A DNA stretch of 64,000 nt, from the NCBI GenBank assembly GCA_002269645.1, contig NIVC01001900.1:159710-223709 (forward strand), in the 5' to 3' direction. The stretch comes from Macrostomum lignano. Taxonomy: Eukaryota. How positions within the stretch are numbered: position 1 is the first letter of the stretch; each line of letters opens with the position of its first letter. A program made the translations under genes and the position numbers. Of this stretch, positions 24,801-36,409 are shown one piece after another. Under the pieces are notes generated by a model. It saw nothing but the letters and a program-made list of their open reading frames with translations, was not told the origin of the DNA and ran no database searches.

Positions 24801-25928
24801 CGAGCACCAAGAACGGTAGTGTCTCGTGGATCTCGAACACGCTGACTTGCAGGTCTGCCTTGCCCAGCAGTCTCAGTGGCTCTTGGCTTCCGTACGGGTA
24901 GACCTTGTCGCTGGCAGGCTGCAGCGCGGCTTTTTGCGGCATCCTGTCGTAGGCTGCCCTGTCGGTGATGTTGCAGGCCGCGCCGCTGTCGATGAGCACA
25001 TTTGTCTTGAGCCCGTTAATGGCCGCAGGCGTCCAAGCTGAGCCGCAGTTCCGCAGGGGGAATAGCTCGTGCTCTAGGGGGTCGTCCTGCAGATATTCGA
25101 CTCGACCCGGCGGAGCGCCCTCCTGCGGTTCGTCAACGGTCCTCAGAGGGACTTTAGCTGCTCCTCGACACGCCCGAGCGAAATGACCCATCTTTCCGCA
25201 GCGTCGACACGCTTTGTTACGGGCTGCCTCGCACGTCCGATGTCCTGGCCGCCCGCAGCGATCGCAGTTAATGCCGCTGTCTCTTGCCGCGGCAGCCGGC
25301 CTGGGTGAATGCGACGGTCGGTTACGAGGTGGGCGCAGCGCCGCCACATTTGAAGCGGCAGGATGGCCCGTGTCGGCTGCGGTGCCGATCTCAATGGCCT
25401 GGGCCTGCTGCTCCGCTGCCTCCCTCGCTCGGATTCGCTTCATAACGTCGTCCAAGGAGACATCGTTGAGCTGCAGGAGTTCCCTCCTGATCCTCTCGGA
25501 CCGGTAATGAGCCACGATCTTGTCCCTGATGAGCGAGTCTCGGAGTTCGCCGGATGTGCATTGGTCCGCAGCCTTGCGTAGCCGACGGTACCAGGCCTCA
25601 ATTGACTCTCCTTCTTCCTGCCGGCAGATTTCAAATTGGTACCTGAGGAAGACAACGCTGTTCTTTTGGTCGAAGATTCCCTGCAACTCTTTGATGAGCT
25701 CCTCCGCGGACTCTCCTTTCTCCACGCCGTTATCGTCCATAAGTCTTCAACCTTCTCGCCCGCTGTGTAAACTAAGAGTTCGAGCTGCTGTGTTGCATCT
25801 GAGATGCCGGCTGCGCGTATGTAGCTGTTGAACCTTCGCGTCCAGGTTTTCCATCGCTGAGCTCTTGTCAGAGGATCGCCTTCGAGGTCAAAGACGTCTG
25901 GTGCCGCGAGTTGCAGGGCCTGTGCCAT
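21864..25928 (-). pseudogene. gag-pol polyprotein (gag with two CCHC knuckles, PR, RT, RNase H, IN), about 4 frameshifts
   Basis: CDRCGRPGH..C and CRRCGKMGHFARAC; LIDSGA (PR); ELDITKAFYQI and IHDDIIVYG (RT); IVDAGPAGLGAIL, EKEALAV and TDHKPL (RH); H..HQC..WWPRM..CRAC, VDHYSRF, TDNGPPF and PQANGITEGLNR (IN). Frame breaks near 25745, 24440, 23310 and 22780-22855. Confidence 0.92.
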
Positions 25929-25986
25929 ATTTGCTGAATCACCGGTCGATATCAGTGTGCGGGGGGTGGGCCTCACTGAGAGTTTG

Positions 25987-26174
25987 CTTGCGACGCCATG
26001 TAATGACTCAGACTAGCTATTTAGTTTTGGCGAGAGAAAAACGATGCACTTAACTGAGCCGACTGCTCAATTCAATATATTTATAGGCACGAGAGTATTG
26101 CGTAATATCAATATTACTACGAATTCATCGACCAAGCCAGCTGTACATTATTACCGCGCAGAGCGTACATTACA
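25987..26174 (-). promoter_or_regulatory. 5' LTR-like unit (25999-26174, TGTAAT...ATTACA) with TATA box and adjacent PBS-like TGGCGTCGCAAG
   Basis: Minus strand reads TGTAATGTACG...CTATAAATAT...GAGTCATTACA|TGGCGTCGCAAG. Confidence 0.75.
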
Positions 26175-26714
26175 GAGTGCAGCTTCTTTCTCCATCGTAG
26201 TGCAGACTGGAAGCGGATCATCAAAAGTGCAGCCAGTAGCAGAGCCAGTGCACAGCTTGTGAAGCACTATGAATGTAAAATTGCTGAAAAGGGCGGCTCT
26301 CTGCCCGCTGAGCACCCCAGCTGCTTAAACTGGGGATTGAGAATCAGTAGTGTTCAACGCCTGCACAGGACAGACAGACGGGGAGACAGAAGCTCCATTG
26401 TCCCTTGCGACAGGCTGCTCAGCACCCACTGTGAGCACCTGAGTAGCTTTGAGCTGATTTGAATTTTTTACTTTTTAAGCATTATAACAAAAACATTTTC
26501 CCTAACATCATACAATGAAAAAAAATTTACATGTAGCCTCGTTTGATTGTTTTTACTTTACGTATTATAAAGCATCTATCTGCCATGAAGTACAACTTCA
26601 CAGCCGTTTCCTTGGAAGACAGCACCAATTTAAGCAGATCTAAATGTAATGCTTGATTTTGCCGAAGCACTACCTATTTAATATTTTCAATAACAGGAAA
26701 CTTCCTCACAAGCA

Positions 26715-28370
26715 ATGAGCCGCAGAAGCTCCAGCGACAGCTCGAGTTCGGACACGCCTCCCGCTACCCCAACTCCTCTCTGCATCATCTGCGACCAAGC
26801 TGCAGTCGGTGTGGCTCCGTTCTCCCGCTGCCACATGTGCAGTCAACACCTCAGTGTCGATGTGGCCAATCTATTCAAGCTCAAGGAGGAGGTCGAAGAG
26901 CTGCTGCGTGCCTACTCAAAAGACTCACAAGACTCACAAGAATCACAAGAGTCACAAGGCGAAGCAGGTGCAGCTGGCCGTGCAGCGCTGATGCGACACC
27001 GACAAGACGCTGAGTCGCTGCGTCGTCTCGCTCTCGACATCCAACAGCAGCTGCAAGAGGTCAATCACAAATTCGATTTGGTACAGCAACACATCGACTC
27101 GTTTCGTAGCAGGGTGACGGGCCAGCTCTCAGGTGTGCTTGAGGCAGTGCGTGTGTGCGAGCGGGACCTCGAGGACGTCTCCAGCTACAAGCAGGAGGTG
27201 GCCACGGCGGAGGCTGCAGGCGACATGGCGGAGCTGCTTCGCCTGGTCCAGTCCATGCACGAATCGCTTGGAGACTTGGAGGCCGACTTTGAGAGGTCAG
27301 AGCGCCTGCTCAGAGACCAGAGCGACAATGAGGAGCTGCAGGTGCGGCTTCTGGGCCAGCTCGAGCGGCTGGTCGGCATTTGTGCGGGACGCAGTGAAGA
27401 GGGCGACTGGTCGAGAGACGCTGCGGTGACCGCGACGTCCGAGGAGATTGACGCTGCTGAGAGACTTCTGTTCGATCCGATGGTCTTCAGTCACGAGGTG
27501 AAGCTGGATGGCGATGTTAAATGGCTGGCTGTGTGCAGCGACACCAGCGGATTCGTAGGTGACCGCTCAGGCCGTGTGGTTCCCGCCGACTCAGCGGGAG
27601 ACGGCAGCGAGGCTCTGCCTCAACCCTGCATCCTGGTATCATACTTTTCCGATAGAGACCATCTACTGGTGCTGTCTGTGGACGGCTCACAAAAGCTGCG
27701 GTGCCACTGCGACATCGACTGGAATAAGGACATTTTTGGCCTTCACTGCGACGGTCAGCTACTGTTCATTGCTCAGCATGACGCAGTGACAGTGACGGAC
27801 CTGAGCGGTCGCGCGGTTCGTCGACTCAGCCCACAAATTCGGGGTTTCTGTGGTATCTTGGGAATCGGCGGCAACGCAGCCTTCGTGTTTGTGTCCAGCG
27901 GAAACAAAATTGTTGCATTCAGCAAAGCGACTTGGCAGATGGAGACGGTCATCACGCTGTCTCAGCGTCCTGATGCACGACTGCGCAACCTGGCGACTCA
28001 CGACAACTGCATTCTGGTGACGGACTGGAAGCACAATCAGGTGCACAGAGTGCGTATCGACACCCAGCAGCTGGTCGCCTCCTTCCCGACTCAGCGTTCC
28101 AGCCTCCAACAGTCTGCTCATCCAATTGATGTTGCCGTCGACAGCAGAGGCCGCCTGTTCGTGAGTGAATTTTCGGGTCACTCAGTGAGATCGGTGGCTG
28201 CAGACGACGGGTCGCTGCTATGGACTCTGGGGACTCCGGGCGAGAGCGGCAGCGGAGACGGCAGATTTTGGCATCCATGGGGTCTGGCGGTGGTGACGGG
28301 AGGTCCGTGCGAGCAGCTAGTGGTGGCTGACTGTTGGAACAACAGACTGCAGGTGTTCAGTGCATCGTAA
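26715..28370 (+). CDS. TRIM-NHL-like protein, paralogue 3 (intact, 551 aa)
   Basis: Uninterrupted ORF with the same domain layout as paralogue 2; acceptor-like TTTTCAATAACAG just upstream. Confidence 0.9.
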   Translation: MSRRSSSDSSSSDTPPATPTPLCIICDQAAVGVAPFSRCHMCSQHLSVDVANLFKLKEEVEELLRAYSKDSQDSQESQESQGEAGAAGRAALMRHRQDAESLRRLALDIQQQLQEVNHKFDLVQQHIDSFRSRVTGQLSGVLEAVRVCERDLEDVSSYKQEVATAEAAGDMAELLRLVQSMHESLGDLEADFERSERLLRDQSDNEELQVRLLGQLERLVGICAGRSEEGDWSRDAAVTATSEEIDAAERLLFDPMVFSHEVKLDGDVKWLAVCSDTSGFVGDRSGRVVPADSAGDGSEALPQPCILVSYFSDRDHLLVLSVDGSQKLRCHCDIDWNKDIFGLHCDGQLLFIAQHDAVTVTDLSGRAVRRLSPQIRGFCGILGIGGNAAFVFVSSGNKIVAFSKATWQMETVITLSQRPDARLRNLATHDNCILVTDWKHNQVHRVRIDTQQLVASFPTQRSSLQQSAHPIDVAVDSRGRLFVSEFSGHSVRSVAADDGSLLWTLGTPGESGSGDGRFWHPWGLAVVTGGPCEQLVVADCWNNRLQVFSAS

Positions 28371-29189
28371 TTTTATTCACAGGCCGAATAATAATCGAAT
28401 TGTGGGGATTCTGGACTGACAGATTAATTGGAGGCCAGGTTTGTTGGAGGTTTTCATATTGTGGATGGGGTGTTTCTCATTGTTTATCGTTTTCTAGAAG
28501 TTTCAGCACCAGAAATTGGGACTTGACTGTTGAATTGACTCAGCGCTCGCTTCTGTGGTGCATTTTCCTCGATGGGTCACTGCTTTGTGTTTTATATGCA
28601 TGATTACAGGTGTCTTTGGCAGGGAAATTTGACTGCAGCGGTAGGCGTTGTACTTGTCTGGCGTTGACTTAGATCTGCTAGCAGCTGGGCGAGGACAACG
28701 CGGTGGTCGATGAACTGAGTCGGATCTGGAGTCCATGGTGACGAAGTGACTGTTTGAGTCTATACTGAACTGACTTTGAGTGCGGTTATTGGAACAGAGT
28801 TCTGCTTTGCAAGTTTTCTGGCTTCTTTTACTTGCTTTTGTTGCTGTTTCATGGCTTGTGTTGTGTTGTGGTGTAAGCTTTGGTTTATTTTTCTCGCAAT
28901 CACCCTGGGCGGCTTGTCTCGCACGATAAATAGACCCACGGGAATACAACTTTTACTTTGCTGTTTGTTCTGTAGGCTGAGCTCTTACTGGAGAATGCTG
29001 GAGTGCTGGCTTCTTTCTTGCCATCGCCTTATGGGAATGTCACAGTGTTTCATAGTAAATGGGTTTCACTGTGAATCATGGGTTTCTTGAAATTATGCGA
29101 TTGTCATAAAACTGAGGTGTCAAGATCTTATGGTGGTTAAGAATCACTCAACCAGTAATGAATTCCATACCATATAAGCAAAAAACTGT

Positions 29190-29560
29190 AAACAATTCAA
29201 CTCAAGAACACCTGGCATACAGTTTCCGATGCTTCTGTGTACTGTCGATCTAGACGGCAAGCAAAATCCAATGCTCCGCAGGTAGCGGTGGCATCGAGGA
29301 CTGTAGTGAAGTATCCTTGTGGCAAATTTAATGGAATCACGCGTCGAGACAGGTCTAAGCCTCTTGGAATTCAAAAGTAGATCAAAAGCATTTGGATGAA
29401 AAGCGGCTGCGACGAAATGCAGCTTCCAATGTTGAATTCTTCAAAGACTTGACGGCAATTATCTGGCGTTTCAGCCTCTTCAATTGACTTCTAGCAACAT
29501 GCAGCTTCCGATTCAGTTCTTGCCTTGTTGCAGGCTTTCTTCCTCTTGGTTGAGGATCGT
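29190..29560 (-). mobile_element. P-element/THAP9-like transposase relic
   Basis: KFATRILHYSPRCHRYLRSIGFCLPSRSTVHR..MPG resembles the F..L..YSP.AY.YLR..LPS..T...PG motif of P transposases, and is preceded by a short coiled coil. Confidence 0.55.
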
Positions 29561-31574
29561 GAAGCGCAGCAGAAGAAGGACTGCAAGGACTGTAGGTATA
29601 GGAATTGCAGCCATTGGTATGCTGTGCTCCGGACGGGCCGTAGAGAATATTGTTGAGCTTTGCCAAGACAATATCGCTAATTCTACAATCTTCTGTGAAT
29701 CACTTATTCAGCAATGCGCAAGCGGCAAGCTTGGATCTGTTTTATCATGCCGAGTTCTAGCTCCAGCAGTGCGGATTTACATGAAGAATCTAGTCATTCT
29801 TGGAATGACAATTGGAAGAGCGATGAAGCACTGAAACGCAAGAAGTCAAAACTATCTGAGAAATGAGCTATAGCTCTGACGTATGCTCACTCGTAGTAGA
29901 TTAGCTTTCGTTTTAACTTTTATAGAGTCATAAAGTGTTATTTTCATACAGCATGCCCCAGCACTTTTCTGCTCTGTAAGTTAATTTCACTCTGTTTTGC
30001 TGAAGTACATGTATCACCTAAGGATTTTCTCGCCATGATAAAATATTTCAATTCTCTGAAATTATTCGACAAATCTTTCCGTGGGTATCATTCCTTTTTT
30101 GTTTCATTGTATTTGCATGGCCTGAAGGGTTATAAAGTATTTTTATCGCACTAACAAAGCGAAAGTTTTTTGAATAATACAACTTAACGTTGGAGACCTA
30201 AAGTTCTGAATGTTTTGCGTTGAATAGTGCAAACCGCATCTTTCTTTTAGTTTAGTGATTTTTAGTTAAATCGTTATCAGTCATAAAAATGAAAAAATGT
30301 TGCATTTTCCTATTCATTCACTGCTTTCCAATTGAGCTTTTACCCCTAAACTTGTATGCTGCCTAAACTAGTGTCCCTTCCTGGGGAGCGCAGGGACCAT
30401 AGAGGTTTCCCTGGCATATCTTTATACATGCTACTTGTCTTACTACTATGTAAGTAGTACGTTAACAATTTTATGCATTTTTTGAGGGAGACAGAATACT
30501 CTACACACGTAAACAAGATGTCGGTTGTGGTGTAAGTGCGGAGTCATCGGTGAGCAATCGGAGTAAAAGCGGCTCGCGATCCCAGAGTCGGGACTATGCA
30601 CGGTCGCTTTAGCATTGAAAATGAGTGAGTGGCTTCCAGAAACTGCTGCTGCATCAAAAGCTGAGGGACTTCAACTGACTTTATGCTGCATAGCGACTGG
30701 TGTGACTGTCAATCAGACATGACAGCAGCTGATTGATTGAATCGCGGGAGCAGATTGGTTGGGATGCCAAATTTTGTAAGGAGCTGAATTAAGTTACTAC
30801 AAATTCATAATTTTACCATTCAATAAATGCAAAAATGATAATTAAATATGAACAAATGAAGACACGATCTGCTTTCAAAATATGAAATTACTTTATATAG
30901 ACTATTTTTATTTCTAATTTTATTTCTATTTTTTTATTAGAGAAATCAGTGGGTAAGGGAGGTAACAGCAGGGGCAGGAATGACAAAACCTGGAATGAAC
31001 AGGAATGAACGTTCAAAATTAGCATGAACCTGATCGGTAAAAAATAACATGCACTCGGACTACTTCTTACAAAAGAAAATGATACCCAATGAAACGCAAG
31101 TCAATTCTTCTGTACCCGAGCACAAATACTGACTGAATGTCGTCTTTGTGACGAATTAACAGAAATAGAAAATATACAGAGAAAGATGAATATATATATA
31201 GATAATTAGTTAATCTTCTGAGCAGAACTTTTCAGTCTACATCATCAAGACTGATTCTGTTTTCTGCATTTAGCATTATTAACAGATAGTGATTGAATTG
31301 CTTAAAGGTTGAGTTTTATATTTTTTCATAGCTTAAATAGTTTGTCTTATACTGCCTAAAACTGAGACAAAACAAGATACATGTAGAAATTATTAAAATA
31401 GAAAATTTCGAGAAATTTATACGATATATTTTGGTTAAATAGAAATTGTCTGTGTGATGCAGAGTCAATTGATTTATTTATTCGGTATACAAGTAGCTAC
31501 TGCACAAAAAGCTTTAAAAATTTATTCAACAAGTTTATTTATTTATTCGTCTATTTATTTATGGGCCAATAGCG

Positions 31575-31900
31575 AGTGACCAACGCGGCTTTGTATCGCC
31601 GCGCCGGCCTGGTCCGTCCAAGCGACCTGTTGCGCCGTCGGCGACTCCAGCTGGCAGGCCACATCATCCGCGCCAAGTCGCACTGCCCACAGCCGGTGCA
31701 GGAGGTGCAGCTGCTAACGCTGCTGGCACCCTACCGGCGAGGACAAGGACGCACTCGGCGTTTCGTTGACTGCCTACTGTCTGGCGCCGTCGCCCCGGAT
31801 TCGGCCATGGGAGTGGTGTCCATTCGCGACCTGGCCCTGAGACGTGCCTGCGACGCTGAATGCGTATTCTGTTGTTGTTGTTGTTGTTGTATTTATTTAT
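31575..31900 (+). mobile_element. 5'-truncated RTE-like LINE 3' end
   Basis: TNAALYRRAG..PSDLLRRRRLQLAGHIIRA..GQGRTRRFVD followed by a (GTT)n/(ATTT)n tail. Confidence 0.8.
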
Positions 31901-32772
31901 TAATTGGGACGCACTTAGGCAAAAGGAGAAACTGTAGTGTAGCTGAGTATTTGAAAAGATAAACAAATGGAGGGGTGAATATGCGCATGAATAATTGCAC
32001 AATGAACTTGGCTGTCTTAGCAGGAAGTAGGTAAATAATATGGCCTCCGTCGCATAGCCACGGATACTCCGATACTCCACTCGATAAAATGTACAGTAAT
32101 GTCGTGCAGTTTTAAAGTAGAATGCTGGTAAGAACCACTTGTCGCTGCTTGCAGTACTAACTTAATTCCACCTTAATTTGATTTGTAGAATGGAAGCAAA
32201 AGCTCCGAAGCCTTTTCCCCAGCACGTCTGCCAGTGAAAAAGCGCTTTCGTCCTTCGATAGAAATCGTCGAATAGTGTCGATCGGCAGGATTAATTTCTG
32301 GTGGAAGGCTTCTGCCTGCGTAGCACAGCTGTGTTGATGAGCAGCATCGGCGCCTTCTAGGCGAGCTGGAAGTCCTTCATCCGGATGTGAAGACATTTTT
32401 GAGCTGATCAGATTTCTATACTAAGAATTCAGTGGGGAGAAGGAGCGAATTAGGAGCTAGGAGCAGAGTAGAGGAGCAAAAGCAGGCGGGATCGGGAGCT
32501 TCATACTCATTTAACGTTAGTATACGCTCGTATACTCATATATATGTTTTCTATAACGCATTCCTTGGTGTTCGCTTCACGCAATTGGATCTTTACTGCC
32601 GCACATGCATGTGCTGTAAAACCTTCTGAAGTTCGCATTAAACTAAAAAAAGCGCCGTGCATTACATTTTTAAATCGAGATCACTTCACTACTGCCCACT
32701 CACAGCATTTTATCTCCTAAGCACAACTCGTAGCCCTCATCATTGCTGTACGCCCTCTCTTCTGTATCACTA

Positions 32773-33235
32773 GGCCAATGTCACTGGGCCAATGTCACTT
32801 GGCCAATGTCACTGAGCCAATATCATGAGGTCAATATGACTGGGCCAATGTCACTGGGCCAATATCACTGGGCCAATGTCACTTGGGCCAATGTCACTGG
32901 GCCAATGTCACTGAGCCAATATCATGGGGTCAATATGACTGGTCACTGGGCCAATATCACTGGGCCAATGTCACTGGGCCAATGTCACTGGGCCAATGTC
33001 ACTGGGCCAATGTCACTGGGCCAATGTCACTGGGCCAATGTCACTGAGCCAATATCATGGGGTCAATATGTCACTGGGCCAATATCACTGGGCCAATATC
33101 ACTGGGCCAATGTCACTGGGCCAATGTCACTGGGCCAATATCACTGGGCCAATATCACTGGGCCAATGTCACTGGGCCAATGTCACTGGGCCAATATCAC
33201 TGAGCCAATGTCACTGGGCCAATGTCGCTGGGCAA
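32773..33235 (+). repeat. 14-bp minisatellite (GTCACTGGGCCAAT)n, ~33 copies
   Basis: Direct reading; explains the HWANVTGPMSLGQC ORFs. Confidence 0.95.
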
Positions 33236-33533
33236 CTGCAATAGTTCAGACTCTGCTAAAAGAAGCGATCTTCCAGTCTAAGCCAAGAAGTAAACGAATT
33301 CGCTCTGCATTCAGCAAGTGCACAGCTGCATCAAATAACGCAGTTGCTTTGCGCCCTCTGAAGCAGGCAGATGCGAACTCTGGACCGTGAACAGTCACCT
33401 GCCCTCTGCCAATGTAAACTGTGCGTCCCCACCCATGCTGCAGCTGCCGCTCGTGTACTTAAAAGGCAGCCTTGTGCGAATCAACAGTTGTCGTTTTACA
33501 ACGCAATAAAATTGAAGGACCTGCGGTGCTGCA

Positions 33534-35214
33534 ATGAGCATTGAAGATTCCAGCGACAGCTCGAGTTCGGACGCGCCTCCCGCTACCCCAACTCCTCTTT
33601 GCATCATCTGCGACCAAGCTGCAGTCGGTGTGGCTCCGTTCTCCCGCTGCCGCATGTGCAGTCAACACCTCAGTGTCGATGTGGCCAATCTATTCAAGCT
33701 CAAGGAGGAGGTCGAAGAGCTGCTGCGTGCCTACTCAAAAGACTCACAAGACTCACAAGACTCACAAGGTGCAGCAGGTGCAGCCAGCCGTGCAGCGCTG
33801 ATGCGACCAAGACAAGACGCTGAGTCGCTGCGTCGTCTCGCTCTCGACATCCAACAGCAGCTGCAAGAGGTCAATCACAAATTCGATTTGGTACAGCAAC
33901 ACATCGACTCGTTTCGTAGCAGGGTGACGGGCCAGCTCTCAGGTGTGCTTGAGGCAGTGCGTGTGTGCGAGCGGGACCTCGAGGACGTCTCCAGCTACAA
34001 GTAGGAGGTGGCCACGTCGGAGACTGCAGGCGACATGGCGGAGCTGCTTCGCCTGGTCCAGTCCATGCACGAATCGCTTGGAGACTTGGAGGCCGACTTT
34101 GAGAGGTCAGAGCGCCTGCTCAGAGACCAGAGGGACAATGAGGAGCTGCAGCTGCGGCTTCTGGGCCAGCTCGAGCGGCTGGTTGGCATTTGTGCGGGAC
34201 GCAGTGAAGAGGGCGACTGGTCGAAAGACGCTGCGGTGACCGCGAGGCCGGATTTGAGAGACGCTGCGGTGACTGCGACATCTGAGGAGATAGACGCTGC
34301 TGAGAGAGAGAATGTTGGAGCCGATGGTCTTTAGTCACGAGGTGGATCTGGATGCCCCTGTTCAATGGCTGGCTGTGTGCAGCGACACCAGCGGATTCGT
34401 TGGTGACCGCTCAGGCCGAGTGGTTCCCGCCGACTCAGCGAGAGGCGGCAGCGAGACTCTGCCTCAGCCCTGCATCCTGGCATCATTTCATCGCAATAGT
34501 AACAAAGACCACCTACTGATGCTGTCTGTGGACGGCTCACAGAAGCTGCGGTGCCACTGCGACATCGACTGGAATAAGAATATTCCAGGCCTTCACTGCG
34601 ACCGTCAGCTGCTGTTCATTGCTCAGCATGACGTAGTGACAACGACGGACTTGAGCGGTCGCAAGGTGCATCGAATTTACCGCCCACACATCGAGGGCTT
34701 CGGTGACATCAGTGGAATCGGTGGCAACGCAGCCTCCGTGTTTGTGTCCAGTGAAAACAAAATTGCTGTATTCAGCAAAGCGACTTGGCAGATGGAGACG
34801 GTCATCACGCTGTCTCAGCTTCCTTTTGCTTATTTAAACAACCTGGCGACTCACGACAACTGCATTCTGGTGATAGACAGGGAGCGCGATAAGGTGCACA
34901 GAGTGCGCATCGACACCCAGCAGCTGGTCGCCTCCTTCCCGACTCAGCGTTCCGGCCTCCAACAGTTTGCCTTTTCAGAGGATGTGGCCGTCGACAGCAG
35001 AGGCCGCCTGTTCGTGAGTGAAAATTGGGGTCACTCAGTGCGAGCGGTGGCTGCATACGACGGTTCGCTGCTGTGGACTCTGGGCGGGAGAGTCAGCAGA
35101 GACGGCAGATTTTGGCATCCATGGGGTCTGGCGGTGGTGACGGGATGTCCGCGCGAGCAGCTGCTGGTGGCTGACGAATTCAACAGGAGACTGCAGGTGT
35201 TCAGTGCACCTTAA
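33534..35214 (+). pseudogene. TRIM-NHL-like paralogue 4
   Basis: CAG>TAG nonsense change at 34002-34004; 33-bp in-frame duplication (ARPDLRDAAVT); 2-bp loss in the (GA)n tract near 34300-34311 shifts the frame. Confidence 0.88.
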
Positions 35215-36409
35215 TTTTATTCACTGGCCGAATACTAATCGAACTGTGGGGTTTCTGGAGTGATTGGTTTATCGGAGGCCGGGTTTTCGTTTGACGTTTT
35301 CTTATGATAGAATTTTACATTTGATAAGCTTTGAATGATAATTGTTTATCATGTCAAATACGAGCTTCATTCAGAATTTTCTATTTATTGAGTAGGAAGC
35401 ACATAATTAATTAATCATGTGTATTAAAGTATTTACACTGGCTCATAACGCTTCTCTTTTTTCTGTTTTTCTTTTTCTAGAAGCTTCAGCACCAGAAAAT
35501 GTGACTGGACTGTAAAAAAATGATTTTCAACAGAAAATTAAAAAACACATTTTTTGCCTTTGCAAATTATTTTGGAAATTTCTAATCACGCTGTGCTGAA
35601 TCAATCTCCAACTTTTGACCTTCAGATTCAGACTGCTAATTTATTTTTATCAGTCGCTCGCTTCTGCGGTTTTCTCTTTTAATCACCTTTGACTCAAGGA
35701 CCACTTTAGTACAAGAGGACATTAAACTGCAAGATCTTGCCAATTTTTAGAAAAGAACTGCAGATGAGAAACATCTTTTTTCCATCACAAAATCAATGAT
35801 TCCATTTGATCTGGGGCAGTGACGATGGCTATTATTCTTTGTCGCAGGGCTGAGTTGTCGCAGGGCTAATTCCTATACTTAATTTTATCAATGTACTTTT
35901 GCACGAATGTACTTATACGATTGGTAGCGTGACTACTTCTCTATCTACTTCTATATTGGTAGCGTCTACTTATCTTATTGGTGGCGTCTGTACATGTACT
36001 GTACTCTTTGACCTGAGCGGTCTAATGGCACTGTCTACTCTATTTACTCCTATAGTTTTCTCAGTCCTGGGCGTTCCCGGGATCAGAGGGTCACAGCCTA
36101 TGCTCTTTGTCTGCCCTGATGCGATCTTCTCCTGCTATATGAAGCGTTTCCCCGGCCCTGAGGCGATTTATACACTCTGAGGTTATTGTCCTGAGGCAAT
36201 TCTCGCTTTCTAGCGGTCTATTACTACTCTCAATATGAGGATTTTTACTCTTAGCAAATAACCAAGTCTTAAGCGATTTCAATATTACAACGAACTAAGT
36301 TTGCTTATTAAAAACCAAGAGGCGGCAAACGTGTAAAAAGTAAAAACAAGTTACAAGGAATACCTTTTAATTTACTCGATTACATTTTAAAGGGGTTTTA
36401 AGTTCTTCT

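Larger units (their letters stand above)
21677..26174 (-). mobile_element. Ty3/Gypsy (Mag-like) retroelement with inverted terminal repeats
   Basis: TG...CA termini (TGTAGT at 21677, ATTACA ending 26174); 5-bp TSD GAGTG at 21672-21676 and 26175-26179; arms 21677-21812 and 26045-26174 are reverse complements of each other; internal gag-pol. Confidence 0.9.

Noticed and set aside
21677-26174. DIRS/tyrosine-recombinase element or Ginger DNA transposon
   Set aside because: It encodes a DDE integrase with a TSD and no YR (not DIRS), and has gag, PR, RT and RNase H (not Ginger). No internal complementary region was found.
16182-28370. Diversity-generating retroelement explaining NHL hypervariability
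   Set aside because: There is no template repeat; variable codons differ at all three positions (CGT/CAT/TTT/CCA/TGG), which is not adenine-specific; the RTs in the window are LINE and Gypsy types.
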